A stretch of DNA of 64,000 nucleotides from positions 5,395-69,394 of the forward strand of contig JACTMU010000064.1 in assembly GCA_014584465.1 (NCBI GenBank), read 5' to 3'. The notes under the pieces are model-generated. The model did not search any database, had not been told where the DNA came from, and saw only the letters and a program-made list of their open reading frames with translations. Positions 20,245-30,374 of this stretch are shown here, piece by piece; the stretch's first letter is position 1, and each line of letters starts with the position of its first letter. This stretch comes from Pseudomonadota bacterium. GTDB taxonomy: Bacteria; Bdellovibrionota; Bdellovibrionia; Bdellovibrionales; JACTMU01. Made by a program: the position numbers and the translations under genes.

Positions 20245-21189
20245 TCAGCTAAAGAGAGAACTTACCGAATCATTGCCATAGATACGCTTAATTGCCTCAG
20301 CCACCAATGGCGCAACCGACACCACCTTAATCTTCGAGCAAGCCCGTGCAGCTTCACCTAATGGGATCGTATCTGTCACCCAAACCTTCTCAATATGGCC
20401 CTCTGTAATGCGACTGATCGCCGGCCCTGACAGAACGGGATGAGTTACAACCGCCACGACCTCTTTGGCTCCATTTCGCCGAAGAGCCTCGGCAGCTTGA
20501 ACCAAAGTACCCGCCGTGTCAATCATGTCATCAAGTATCACCGCGGTCTTGTCTTTTACGTCCCCGATCAGATGGATCGCCTTAGCCTCATTGGGTGCCG
20601 TACGACGCTTATCAATAATCGCAATAGAACATTTAAGACGCTTCGCAAAAGCACGGGTCCTCTCCACCCCCCCAGCGTCTGGACTCACAATCACAAATTG
20701 ATCTCCCATTCCAAACTCATCCTTCCAAGCGCGGGCCAAGGTTGGAATGGCATAGAGGTGGTCCACAGGTACGTTAAAAAACGCCTGAATTTGTGCGGCA
20801 TGAAGATCCACTGCCACAACGCGCCCAGCCCCCGCCGTCGTCACAAGGTCGGCCAAACATTTGGCCGAAATAGGCGCTCGTGGAGCAACCTTACGATCTT
20901 GCCTTGCATAGCCATAGTAGGGAATCACCGCAGTGATCCCTTTCGCAGAGGCTCTCTTTAAAGCATCCAAAATCAAAAAGAGCTCCATGTAGTTTTGATC
21001 TACAGGCGGACAGGTGCTCTGGATCACAAAGACGTCACGTCCTCGCACACTCTCATGAATCTCGACCTGAATCTCACCATCGGCAAAACGACTGATCTCA
21101 CTAAAGCCGAGCTTCACACCCGCCTCATGAGCCACTGCCTTCGCAAATTCAGGGTTGGAATTGCCTGCAAATATTCTTAAATTTTCCAT
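20245..21189 (-). CDS. prs: Ribose-phosphate pyrophosphokinase
   Basis: PYYGYARQDRK, DLHA, SPDAGG, DDMIDTAGT; start at ATG 21189 after GGGAG. Confidence 0.97.
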   Translation of the reverse strand: MENLRIFAGNSNPEFAKAVAHEAGVKLGFSEISRFADGEIQVEIHESVRGRDVFVIQSTCPPVDQNYMELFLILDALKRASAKGITAVIPYYGYARQDRKVAPRAPISAKCLADLVTTAGAGRVVAVDLHAAQIQAFFNVPVDHLYAIPTLARAWKDEFGMGDQFVIVSPDAGGVERTRAFAKRLKCSIAIIDKRRTAPNEAKAIHLIGDVKDKTAVILDDMIDTAGTLVQAAEALRRNGAKEVVAVVTHPVLSGPAISRITEGHIEKVWVTDTIPLGEAARACSKIKVVSVAPLVAEAIKRIYGNDSVSSLFS

Positions 21190-21293
21190 AAACTCCCGTA
21201 AGTCCAACCCTTTTAGCCCATTTACCTACCAAAGTCCAACATTTCTACCGGGCACTAAAGGCCTTGACCCTCGTTCTGTTTCCCTCAAGTTGA

Positions 21294-21322
21294 TTGACAA
21301 GATTTGGTCCAACCCAAATACT
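21294..21322 (+). promoter_or_regulatory. Possible sigma70 promoter of the STAS gene
   Basis: TTGACA-N17-AATACT, 9 nt before ATG 21332. Confidence 0.4.
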
Positions 21323-21331
21323 TAGAGAGTT

Positions 21332-21664
21332 ATGGGTATTCGAGTAACGGATCGAGGCGAATGGGCCATCGTTGATGTTCAAGGACGCATTGACTCCTTC
21401 AATCAAGATCAAATTATATCAAAAATTCAAGAGCTTATCGAGGTTGGCAAGAGCAAGATCGCCATTCAGCTTGGGCCATCTCAGTTTCTGAGTCTTCCAA
21501 CGATCCGGTTTCTCAACGACAAAGCAATCGAACTACGACAAAAAGGAGGGCAACTCGCTCTTGTCTCTCCCTCACTAAAGACTCGTCGGCACATTGAGAT
21601 CTTTGGATCCCTCGACCATCTCTCCATTTATGCAAAGGCGTCAGACTTCGAAAGAACCGCTTAG
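21332..21664 (+). CDS. STAS domain (anti-sigma-factor antagonist-like) protein
   Basis: IVDVQGRIDSFN start, ...GGQLALVSP, 110 aa. Confidence 0.8.
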   Translation: MGIRVTDRGEWAIVDVQGRIDSFNQDQIISKIQELIEVGKSKIAIQLGPSQFLSLPTIRFLNDKAIELRQKGGQLALVSPSLKTRRHIEIFGSLDHLSIYAKASDFERTA

Positions 21665-21826
21665 GCCTCCACGTAAAATAGCGGCTGGCTCGAGAACGAG
21701 CCCATATAGTCCGTTCGGAAAATTCTGCGATGCAAATTGCGAAGGAATTTTTTATCAGATTGACCAAGGATCGACGAAGGACTAGCCAGAAGCTAATTCG
21801 AGGAGATCTTTGTTCAATCTGGTGAA

Positions 21827-22246
21827 CTAAGATCCCTTGGCGATTTTTTCCAATTTTTCCCAAACAGCCTGCATCTTGGCTGCGACGATCTTCTGTGAAA
21901 AGGGCTTCACGATGTATTGACTAACCCCTGCCATAATGGCCTGGGTCACAAGAGATTTCTCTGATTCCGAAGTCAAAAGAATGAAGGGCATTTCAGACCA
22001 GTGCTCACTCTCCCGCACCTCTTTAAGGAGAGCCAGCCCGTCCATTTCAGGCATGTTCCAGTCTGCGATCACCAAATGGATGAGACTCCCTTGCGCCTGG
22101 GATTTAATGAGCTCTTGAATGGCTTCACGCCCATTGGACGCCTCCATGACATCCAAATATCCTAACTCCTTAAGGTAGGAACGAAGCAACTCTCTAATCG
22201 CCGGCATATCGTCCACGATCAAGATTCGTGTCGATTTTGGAAACAT
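21827..22246 (-). CDS. Single-domain CheY-like response regulator
   Basis: IVDD, DWNMPEMDG, LT, KPF. Confidence 0.88.
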   Translation of the reverse strand: MFPKSTRILIVDDMPAIRELLRSYLKELGYLDVMEASNGREAIQELIKSQAQGSLIHLVIADWNMPEMDGLALLKEVRESEHWSEMPFILLTSESEKSLVTQAIMAGVSQYIVKPFSQKIVAAKMQAVWEKLEKIAKGS

Positions 22247-22252
22247 CTCAGC

Positions 22253-23491
22253 TCACCTCTCCCCTGTCGGCTCAGCACCTTCCACAGCAAAGGCTGCTGC
22301 CAACCGAACAAAGTTCATCGCGTGGTCCAAATCAATGAGATCCATTCCGTCTCGACCCGAGTGAATGTAGGGATTGAACTCATCAAAATCGGCCTCAAAT
22401 GGAAGAGCGGTTGGATATCCACGCCGATGCCAGGATGCATGGTCACTGCACGCATAACCACAATAGGTCGAACCAATCATATCAGAAGAGATCCCAACAT
22501 AGTGAGTGGCAAGTTTCCTCATGAATTCAGTCAAATCAGGATCGGTGTAATCACTGAGCAGATAGAGCTTCTTTTGAGCATCTGGGGATCTGTAGCCAAT
22601 CATATCAAGCTGTAAAACTCCCCGCAGTTCAATCCCCCTCTCTTCAAAAGCACTCGAAACGCGAGAGGATCCAAGAAGCCCCACCTCTTCTGCAGCATAA
22701 AATGCAAAATAGAGATTGCGTTGAAACTCCATCTTGCTCGAGAGAACCGCTTTGAGAACTTCCAATATGGCAGAAGTGCCCGAGCCATCATCATCAGCCC
22801 CCGGTTTGTTGTACTCATAAGTGTCGATGTGAGCCCCCAAAAGAACTCCTGGCAGTGAGGCATTCTTTCCAGCGATCTTTACTACCAAAGATGGCTGAAC
22901 GTACTTGGAGCTTGTTGCAAATGTCTCAATCCCCACAGAGCCACTTCGACCATGCTCAACGACCCAACCTTGAATGCGATTCTTAATCCAGTCTGAAGCC
23001 TCTTTCCCCAGCTCACTCCGTGCGGCTCGATCTGAAAAGCTAGAAAACTCTTCAAGCTGTTTGAGAAAGTGCTGGGACTCAATTTTTGAGAGAACCTCCT
23101 GAACCTGAGAATCAAATCCAATCTCAAGCTCTCCCTTTTTTAGAAGCTTTTTCTGATCAGATCTAAAACTTTGCAGAAGATGTCCAGCCTTTCGATCCTT
23201 AAGAAACTCTTCGGTAACGTCAAAAAAGCCACCGCACACTCGGGAAACTTCATGAATCTTGGACCCAAGGCGAATCATCTGATCATAATCGAGCTTCACC
23301 AACACAAGATCTTGTTGAACTCCTAGGAGGTTCGGGCGAAACTCCACCGGGTCTAAAAGTTGCAGATAGGTGTAAGGTACGACGTAATATCTCTCTTCAA
23401 AATCCGATCCCCTCTCAGATGCCAAGACGGACGAAAAATTCAGAAACAAAACCCCCACAATCCCAATGAAAAAAGACCGAACTGAACGCAT
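22253..23491 (-). CDS. Secreted M28 leucyl aminopeptidase
   Basis: Signal peptide; GAHID, GADDDGSG, AEEVGL, CGYACSDH, PYIH motifs. Confidence 0.9.
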   Translation of the reverse strand: MRSVRSFFIGIVGVLFLNFSSVLASERGSDFEERYYVVPYTYLQLLDPVEFRPNLLGVQQDLVLVKLDYDQMIRLGSKIHEVSRVCGGFFDVTEEFLKDRKAGHLLQSFRSDQKKLLKKGELEIGFDSQVQEVLSKIESQHFLKQLEEFSSFSDRAARSELGKEASDWIKNRIQGWVVEHGRSGSVGIETFATSSKYVQPSLVVKIAGKNASLPGVLLGAHIDTYEYNKPGADDDGSGTSAILEVLKAVLSSKMEFQRNLYFAFYAAEEVGLLGSSRVSSAFEERGIELRGVLQLDMIGYRSPDAQKKLYLLSDYTDPDLTEFMRKLATHYVGISSDMIGSTYCGYACSDHASWHRRGYPTALPFEADFDEFNPYIHSGRDGMDLIDLDHAMNFVRLAAAFAVEGAEPTGER

Positions 23492-23541
23492 TTCAAACCC
23501 TCCTACCTTTTTTAAATTATTGAGCAGTCTGCAATAAACGT

Positions 23542-24411
23542 CTAGCGTTGATTCAAAAAGTATTGGCGATTTAGCGCCCTTGTCAAAATCTCTTCAACTT
23601 CTGAAAGATGGGCCCTGTTGTCGTGCTTCTTGTAGCCCCGACACAAAATCTGAGACTTTTGAATGATCACACCCAACACGACTCTCTCTTCGTCTGGGCC
23701 AAGATTTCGAATCTCCAAGATTCGATTGAGTGAGCGCACTCTCCAGTAATCCATTGCAACAGTGCGCCGTGAAAGCTGATCTGTGTGACCTCCATACTTC
23801 ATGATGATCGGCTGAGAGACAAACCCGACCTCATAAAGCGAGGTCACTTTCAACCAAAGATCGTAATCCTCACAAACTGGAAATGTCTCATCAAATCCCC
23901 CCATCTCCTTCCACAAACTCTTTCTCAAAAGGACCGCTGAGGGGCTGATCAAACAGAGCTCCGTCGATCGAGAAAAAATTCTCCCCCCCTCTTTGAGATG
24001 CTTCTTGTGTGGGTTCACACGCACTCCACTTCGAATCCAGATCTCCTCACCGTGAACGAGTTGAAGATGCGGTTCCCGCTCCAAGAGCTCCACTTGCAGC
24101 TCCAGCCTCTTGGGGAGCCACTGGTCATCTGAATCAAGGAGCGCAATCCAATCACCCGTGGCCCTCTGAATTCCCCTGTTTCTGGCAAAACTCACTCCAT
24201 GATTTCGATCCAACCGCAAAACATGCAGGGAGAACTCCTTCAAATCAAGGCTCCTCTGATAGGCCTCAAGAACAGAATAGGTGTTGTCTGTAGAGCCATC
24301 ATCGACAACGATCATTTCATAGGGTCGATGGGTTTGCTCTAAAATTGAATTCAGCGCCCGCAATATGAGAGCTGGTCGATTGAAAACGGGGACAATGACT
24401 GAAATCTTCAC
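23542..24411 (-). CDS. Glycosyltransferase family 2
   Basis: SVIVPVFNR, VDDGSTD, LDSDD, EDYDLW. Confidence 0.9.
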   Translation of the reverse strand: MKISVIVPVFNRPALILRALNSILEQTHRPYEMIVVDDGSTDNTYSVLEAYQRSLDLKEFSLHVLRLDRNHGVSFARNRGIQRATGDWIALLDSDDQWLPKRLELQVELLEREPHLQLVHGEEIWIRSGVRVNPHKKHLKEGGRIFSRSTELCLISPSAVLLRKSLWKEMGGFDETFPVCEDYDLWLKVTSLYEVGFVSQPIIMKYGGHTDQLSRRTVAMDYWRVRSLNRILEIRNLGPDEERVVLGVIIQKSQILCRGYKKHDNRAHLSEVEEILTRALNRQYFLNQR

Positions 24412-24671
24412 GCACTCACCACTTCAAAAGTCGAATCATAAATTTTATCTGACCGCAATCGAATGATTTCCATAGCGCGTTTATGACGCGAGTCAAATAG
24501 ATCTCGAAACCATCTGTTTTGCCGCGTCGTCCCCGTAATGTTTGAGGCCTTGTTGTTTGCTTGGCAAACGTCAAATTCCATGTAGAATCTTTGCAGTTGC
24601 TGTCTTGAATCCAACTTCTCAATTGAAGTTGGGCGATGGCAACTTGAAACCGTTTCACGGAAGGGGGAAAG

Positions 24672-25460
24672 ATGAAAAAAGGATTGCTTATCGTCGGATT
24701 GTCACTCTTGTATTGCGTCGGCTTTGCCGATCGAGGTGCATGGGATTGCGATCCAAATTCTGAGACCTATTACATTTGTGGCCATATGGTTCACCTCAAA
24801 AGCCATGTCAAGCTGCTCGATGCTCAAAGAGATCTGATTCAAGTGAACTATCCTTTCTTGGAGTCCTTAGGTAGTGGAGCCTCCCAAGTTGTGGAACGTC
24901 TATTTAAGATGAGTGAGGAAAAGGGAGCTCACCTTGAAAGTCTACTCCTTGTGAAAGAGCAGGCGGATTCTTTGGCACAACAGGCCCATGAACAGAGCCC
25001 TGAGGCCCTAGTGACTGCCAATCAAATTCGAAAACAATGTTTGAATTGTCATGCAGCTGAGAATCCCTCAAGCGGTCGAGAGTGGAAAGAGATTACTAAA
25101 AATGGGTGGGAACACATTCTTGCTCGATGCAATGATGTGAACACTCCTCGTAATCCCTATGCTTGCAAGAGCATGTTCGGACTACTCAGTGTTGTTGAGC
25201 TTTTTGAATCTGCGGAGATTGGCAAAAGCCAAGACTTTGCAACAGTTCAATTCGCTGCTGAAGAGATTGTCCGAATCTCCTCTGATCTCATCTCAAAGGG
25301 GATGCTTCACGACGCTTCAACCGGTGGCGGAAATCTCTACCTCGTAAGACAACAAGGTCAGGAGATCAAAGAGGCTGCTGAGAGAAAAGATCCCATGGTT
25401 TTTGAACAAGTCAAAAATGTAGTGCAGAGCTGCCAAACCTGTCACTTCGTCTTACGATAG
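24672..25460 (+). CDS. Periplasmic diheme cytochrome c, tandem class II (four-helix) repeats
   Basis: Signal peptide; CLNCH and CQTCH each at the end of a helical repeat. Confidence 0.7.
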   Translation: MKKGLLIVGLSLLYCVGFADRGAWDCDPNSETYYICGHMVHLKSHVKLLDAQRDLIQVNYPFLESLGSGASQVVERLFKMSEEKGAHLESLLLVKEQADSLAQQAHEQSPEALVTANQIRKQCLNCHAAENPSSGREWKEITKNGWEHILARCNDVNTPRNPYACKSMFGLLSVVELFESAEIGKSQDFATVQFAAEEIVRISSDLISKGMLHDASTGGGNLYLVRQQGQEIKEAAERKDPMVFEQVKNVVQSCQTCHFVLR

Positions 25461-25485
25461 AAGGTTTTGGAAAAAAGTTGAATCG

Positions 25486-25514
25486 ATCGCTGTCACGGAC
25501 CTCGTGGCAGCGAT
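25486..25514. terminator. Hairpin between convergent genes
   Basis: ATCGCTGTCACG-GACCT-CGTGGCAGCGAT, 12-bp stem with one G-U pair. Confidence 0.6.
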
Positions 25515-25529
25515 TCTGTAGCGATCAAA

Positions 25530-26501
25530 TCAACTCTTCGTCTCTTCAAAGACCCCTTTAAAATATTTGAAAGTAAGATGCAGCCCTTCCTCAAGAGAGG
25601 TGGATGGCCCCCATCCGAGAACCCTCTTTGCTTTGGAAAGATCAGGTCTTCGTTGTCGAGGATCATTTTCAGGAAGGTCCAAGAATCGATGAGGGCAGAT
25701 GTTTTCTGTCATCTCGTTGATGATCTCCGCCATCTCAAGGACCGACTTTTCAATCGGATTTCCTAGATTGATTGGCGAAATCTCTGCAGATTGCATGAGT
25801 CTGTAGATGCCATCCACAAGATCTGCAACATAGCAAAAACTTCGCGTCTGATGACCTTCGCCATAAATGGTCAAAGGCTCTCTCATTAAGGCTTGAAGAA
25901 AAAAATTGGGAATGATCCTTCCATCATTGAGCCTCATTCGAGGCCCATAGGTGTTAAAGATGCGAACAATTCGAGTCTCAACCCCTTCCTTCTTATGATA
26001 AGCCATCGTAAGCGTCTCACCAAAGCGTTTGGCCTCATCATAGCAACTGCGCTCCCCAACGGGATTGACATTGCCAAAATAATCCTCACTTTGCGGATGC
26101 TCCAGCGGATCTCCATAGACTTCACTTGTACTTGCAAAGAGTATGCGAGCCTTTTTGAGCTTTGCAAGCTCGAGCAGGTTTCGATGACCCTCCGAAGCTG
26201 TACTTAAAATCTTAAGGGGGATCCGAGTAAAATCAATTGGAGATGCTGGAGAGGCCAAATTGTAGATTTCATCAATGGGGCCTTCACCCACTGCCAAGAT
26301 TATAGAATCATCTTCAATGTCTCTTTCGATGAAATCCACTCCCAAACTGAAGAGAGGTTCAATGTTCTTGCGCACTCCCGTGATGAGATTATCGATCACC
26401 AAGACTTGATAACCCTTGGCCAAAAGATATTCGCAAAGGTGACTTCCAATGAAGCCGGCCCCACCGGCAACAAGAGCCTTTTTACCCCTTGGCACTGGCA
26501 A
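25530..26501 (-). CDS. UDP-glucuronate decarboxylase (UDP-xylose synthase family SDR)
   Basis: GGAGFIG, NLASPASP, STSEVYGDP, CYDEAKR. Confidence 0.9.
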   Translation of the reverse strand: MPVPRGKKALVAGGAGFIGSHLCEYLLAKGYQVLVIDNLITGVRKNIEPLFSLGVDFIERDIEDDSIILAVGEGPIDEIYNLASPASPIDFTRIPLKILSTASEGHRNLLELAKLKKARILFASTSEVYGDPLEHPQSEDYFGNVNPVGERSCYDEAKRFGETLTMAYHKKEGVETRIVRIFNTYGPRMRLNDGRIIPNFFLQALMREPLTIYGEGHQTRSFCYVADLVDGIYRLMQSAEISPINLGNPIEKSVLEMAEIINEMTENICPHRFLDLPENDPRQRRPDLSKAKRVLGWGPSTSLEEGLHLTFKYFKGVFEETKS

Positions 26502-27798
26502 GTGACTCCCTACCTACGCAATAGTATTTAAATCCCTCTTCGGCAACCTGAAGAGGATCATAGATGTTTCGTCCATCAAATATGACCGGAGCCTTCAAAT
26601 TCTCTCGAAGCTGAGCAAAATCGGGATTACGAAACTCATTCCACTCAGTCACAATGATCAATGCGTCGGCACCCTCTGTAGCTTCGCTCGCCGATTTTGA
26701 CTCACCAAAAGAGACTTTGCAGGCCATGCGCGCCGTCTCCGACGCCACAGGGTCGTAAGCCACAACCTTTGCGCCCAATCTTGCCAACTCCGAAATCAAC
26801 ACAAGAGATGGTGCCTCACGAACATCATCCGTACGTGGCTTAAAACTTAAGCCCCACATGGCAAAGGTCTTCCCTGTAATGTCACCTTTGAAATGACCTC
26901 GGATCTTCTCAATGAGTAGGACCTTTTGACGTTCATTGACCGAATCGGCAGCACGGACCACATCCATACGCAACCCAACGCTCTCCCCTGAGTGAATGAG
27001 CGCCTTGACATCCTTAGGAAAGCAGCTGCCCCCATATCCAACGCCCGGAGCGAAAAACTCCGGATTGATCCTCTTGTCCGAAGTGAACCCCTTACGAACC
27101 ATATTGACATCAGCTCCCATCTTGTCGCATAGGAGCGCCAATTCATTGATAAAGCTGATCTTGACCGATAAAAAGGCGTTGGCTGCATATTTGGTCAGCT
27201 CTGCTGAGGCGTTATCCATAAAGATAACCGGATGACCATTTTTCATAAAGGGTGCATACAAGAACTTCATGAGTTCTTCAGCTTCAGGACTTCGAACACC
27301 CACGACGATCCGATCTGGTGAGAGAAAATCACCAATCGCAGAGCCCTCTCTTAAAAACTCCGGATTGTTGATGATCTCATGGCCAAAAGAGCCCCTCTCA
27401 TTGCACAATCTTTGCAAATGATTGGCTGTTCCCACAGGCACCGTGCTCTTAAGTACAATGTACTTCTTGGATTTCGATGTGTGACATATCCCTTCAACCA
27501 CTGCAAGTGTAGGCCCCATATCTGCGCTTCCGTCTGCAGTTTCAGGTGTCCCCACAGCCACAAAGACCACCTCGCTCGCATTGACGGCTTCACCAAGATC
27601 TGTGGTGAACTCAATGCGACTGCGACACTGCTTAAGCAGATCTTCAAGCCCAGGTTCATAAATGGGAACCCTTCCGCATTTCAACTGATCAATTTTGTGG
27701 TGATCCCGATCCACACAGATAACATGATGCCCTGCATCTGCAAAACAGGCGCCTGCCACAAGCCCGACATATCCAGTTCCCACTATGGAGACTCTCAT
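26482..27798 (-). CDS. ugd: UDP-glucose 6-dehydrogenase
   Basis: GTGYVG, KSTVP, NPEFLREG, GGSCFPKD. Confidence 0.93.
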   Translation of the reverse strand: MRVSIVGTGYVGLVAGACFADAGHHVICVDRDHHKIDQLKCGRVPIYEPGLEDLLKQCRSRIEFTTDLGEAVNASEVVFVAVGTPETADGSADMGPTLAVVEGICHTSKSKKYIVLKSTVPVGTANHLQRLCNERGSFGHEIINNPEFLREGSAIGDFLSPDRIVVGVRSPEAEELMKFLYAPFMKNGHPVIFMDNASAELTKYAANAFLSVKISFINELALLCDKMGADVNMVRKGFTSDKRINPEFFAPGVGYGGSCFPKDVKALIHSGESVGLRMDVVRAADSVNERQKVLLIEKIRGHFKGDITGKTFAMWGLSFKPRTDDVREAPSLVLISELARLGAKVVAYDPVASETARMACKVSFGESKSASEATEGADALIIVTEWNEFRNPDFAQLRENLKAPVIFDGRNIYDPLQVAEEGFKYYCVGRESLASAKG

Positions 27799-27879
27799 TG
27801 TCTAACTCCTCGAAAAACTTTGTTGACGAATGCCCCCATCAAAGTAGAACTTAGGGACAACCGAAGTCAAAGACAAGTT

Positions 27880-28884
27880 ATGAGTAAATTTTCCCAGCAA
27901 AGCCTTAAGGCTCTTTTGAAAATCGCATTTGCAGCGGGCTTAATCTATTGGATGGTTCAGCGCGGTGCTTTGGATTTGGAGGTCTTCCATCTTCTCACCA
28001 AGCCGATCTACCTTTTGCTCTTTCTCCTGATCATCCTTGCTCAACTGGTTTTGGCAACTTTGAGATGGGTTTGGCTTGTACGAAGCCAAAAGATTCCCAT
28101 CCCTTTTCGATACGCCCTCTCTTTGACCTTTGTAGGAATTTTCTTCAACTTCTTCATTCCTGGCGGAGTGGGAGGGGACGTCGTGAAGGGTTACTATTTT
28201 TTAAAGGACTACCCAGAAAAGAGGACGGTGGCCGCCATTACGATCTTGCTTGACCGAATCATAGGCGTCTACGGGATGATTCTGATTGGCTTAGGAGCCC
28301 TGCTTCTCAACCTGGAACTCCTCGAAACTCGACCGGCCTTAAAATCGATGACTGCAGGCGTTCTTCTCTTTTTCTTGCTTATGAGTGCGTTCTTTGCGCT
28401 CTCGCTTTCGCGAAGGTTTCGCACGCTGGCTTCGGTGGACCGCATCCTGGAAGTGGTTCCTGGTGGAGCCTTTGTTCAGAAGATCTATGACGCCTTTCAC
28501 TCCTACCGAAGCGAAATTCGTGTGCTGATGGGTGGACTTGGGATCAGCCTCGCAGCCCAGTTTCTATTGGTTGGCTTTATTGTTTTGGCAGCGCGATCCA
28601 TGGGTGAAACAGCGATCCCATTAAGCGCCTTCTTTTTTGCGGTCCCTCTTGGTGCCGTTTGCATGGCCATCCCGGTCGCACCGGCAGGTATTGGCATTGG
28701 GCAGGCAAGCGTCTTTTTTCTCTTTAAACTCTTTTTGGGTTACGAAACTCCCGTGGGCCCAAATTCATTCACTCTCTACCAGGCAGTCTCCTTTGTGTGG
28801 GGATTGGTCGGTGGTGCGATCTATCTTAAGAAAAACAGTCTGAAACGAGCCAATTTAGAGACCATCGAGAACGCCGTTGATTGA
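27880..28884 (+). CDS. Lysylphosphatidylglycerol synthase TM / flippase-like membrane protein
   Basis: FFNFFIPGGVGGDVVK, DR and P..PAGIG motifs; real start ATG 27880, the ORF-track extension overlaps ugd. Confidence 0.8.
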   Translation: MSKFSQQSLKALLKIAFAAGLIYWMVQRGALDLEVFHLLTKPIYLLLFLLIILAQLVLATLRWVWLVRSQKIPIPFRYALSLTFVGIFFNFFIPGGVGGDVVKGYYFLKDYPEKRTVAAITILLDRIIGVYGMILIGLGALLLNLELLETRPALKSMTAGVLLFFLLMSAFFALSLSRRFRTLASVDRILEVVPGGAFVQKIYDAFHSYRSEIRVLMGGLGISLAAQFLLVGFIVLAARSMGETAIPLSAFFFAVPLGAVCMAIPVAPAGIGIGQASVFFLFKLFLGYETPVGPNSFTLYQAVSFVWGLVGGAIYLKKNSLKRANLETIENAVD

Positions 28885-30232
28885 CAATCGAACCAGGGTC
28901 CTCACCTCCACAGTCCAAAAGCTCTTCCGGCGAGGAGCTAAGGGAAACATTCGAAGAATCATCGAAAAGAGTCATACGGCGGATATTGCAGCAATGCTAC
29001 AGGGTCTTGATGAGACCGATCGCCTCGAGATTTTCAAATTGGCAACAACTCCTGAAAAGCGCGCTGAAATCGTAAGTTACCTTGATGACGAAATTCAAGA
29101 GGCGCTGATTCTTAAACTCGAACCGAAAGAGGCAAGACACGTCGTCTCTCTGATGGAATCTGATGATGCTGCGGATCTTCTGGAAAGGCTCCCCCAGGAG
29201 ATCTCCAAAGACATCTTGGGCTCTATGGTGAAAGAGGACTCTGATGATGTCACAGATCTCATGGGATACCCAAAGGACACCGCCGGTGGCTTGATGAGCG
29301 CTGATTTTTTTGCGATGCCTCAAAATGCCACTGTAGGCGACGCCATTAGGGAGATTCAAGAGCAGAGCGACGCCCTCATTGCCTTTTATCTTTACCTGGT
29401 CAATGAACACTATCACCTCATTGGTGTTCTTAGCCTACGACAGCTCGTTCTGGCAAAACCCACCGATCTTTTGAACGACCTCATGTCAAGTGATGTAATC
29501 AGTGTAACACTTGACACTCCTCAAGAGGAGGTGGCCAAGATGGTGGAGCGATACGATTTTCTCTCCGTTCCCGTGGTAGATAACTCCAATGAACTGGTCG
29601 GGGTCATCACCGTTGATGACGTGATCGATGTGATTCGAGAGGAGGCTAAGGAGGAGATCTTGGCGTTGGGTCAAGTGGTCACAGTCAAGGATCCCACCCT
29701 TCGTGGTCAGTTCATCGCTCGGATTCCGTGGTTGCTCCTTTCGTACATGGGCGGAATCATCTGTTTTGCCATTATCTACTCTTTTATGATCGACGTCTCA
29801 GGAGAGTTGATGCCCATCAAGTGGATGACCATAGGTGCCATTCTCCCGCTCATTCTTGCTATGGGAGGAACTGCTGGAAACCAGGCGGCCTCCGTTGCAC
29901 TTGGCGAAGTTCGTGGCGAGAGTCATCTGGATTGGGAAGACATTGGGCACCACCTCAGAATTGAACTGCTCTTAAGTCTGTGCATTGCCGCCGTCTGCTC
30001 ACTGATCACCATTCTCATTGGCCTTCTCTTTTCTGGACTCAAAACAATGAACCTCATCTTGGGTGGTGTCCTAGGGATCCAGGTCATCGCCTCAATGCTT
30101 TTAGGCGCTTCCATTCCCCTTCTTATGAAAAAGTGGGAGAGAGATCCCTCTGTGAATTCCCTTCCCTTTCTCATGCTTCTTGTGGAGATTTTGGGGGTCA
30201 CCTTCCTCTTCGGAAGTGGATACTTTCTCTAG
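28877..30232 (+). CDS. mgtE: Magnesium transporter MgtE
   Basis: MgtE N domain, TAGGLM, CBS pair, ARIPWL, 5 TM. Confidence 0.88.
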   Translation: MIDNRTRVLTSTVQKLFRRGAKGNIRRIIEKSHTADIAAMLQGLDETDRLEIFKLATTPEKRAEIVSYLDDEIQEALILKLEPKEARHVVSLMESDDAADLLERLPQEISKDILGSMVKEDSDDVTDLMGYPKDTAGGLMSADFFAMPQNATVGDAIREIQEQSDALIAFYLYLVNEHYHLIGVLSLRQLVLAKPTDLLNDLMSSDVISVTLDTPQEEVAKMVERYDFLSVPVVDNSNELVGVITVDDVIDVIREEAKEEILALGQVVTVKDPTLRGQFIARIPWLLLSYMGGIICFAIIYSFMIDVSGELMPIKWMTIGAILPLILAMGGTAGNQAASVALGEVRGESHLDWEDIGHHLRIELLLSLCIAAVCSLITILIGLLFSGLKTMNLILGGVLGIQVIASMLLGASIPLLMKKWERDPSVNSLPFLMLLVEILGVTFLFGSGYFL

Positions 30233-30374
30233 GTCTCAGCAGATCAGACGAACATCCTGAACACCAAACCCGAGTCACCATCATTGATATTTCTCTGTTA
30301 AGCTTGATTGAGAGTGGTAACACTGAAGGCAATACCCTAACCAGGGGCAGCCGCTCTTTCAATGGGAGACAACT

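Noticed and set aside
21190..21331. tRNA-Gln often found upstream of prs
   Set aside because: No cloverleaf or T-loop GTTCGA pattern seen
21665..21826. Small ORFs between the STAS and CheY-like genes
   Set aside because: No convincing start codon, RBS or motif
23983..23989. C7 tract in the GT2 gene as a phase-variation site
   Set aside because: Too short; an equal tract occurs in housekeeping prs and the frame is intact
24412..24671. Possible c-di-GMP-I riboswitch (GGCAAAC) and short ORFs before the cytochrome
   Set aside because: The downstream GAAA/GACGCAAAGC elements are absent; only short hairpins such as CCAACTTC/GAAGTTGG are present
27379..27879. N-terminal extension of the 501-aa flippase-like ORF
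   Set aside because: Antisense to ugd; family-like sequence starts at ATG 27880
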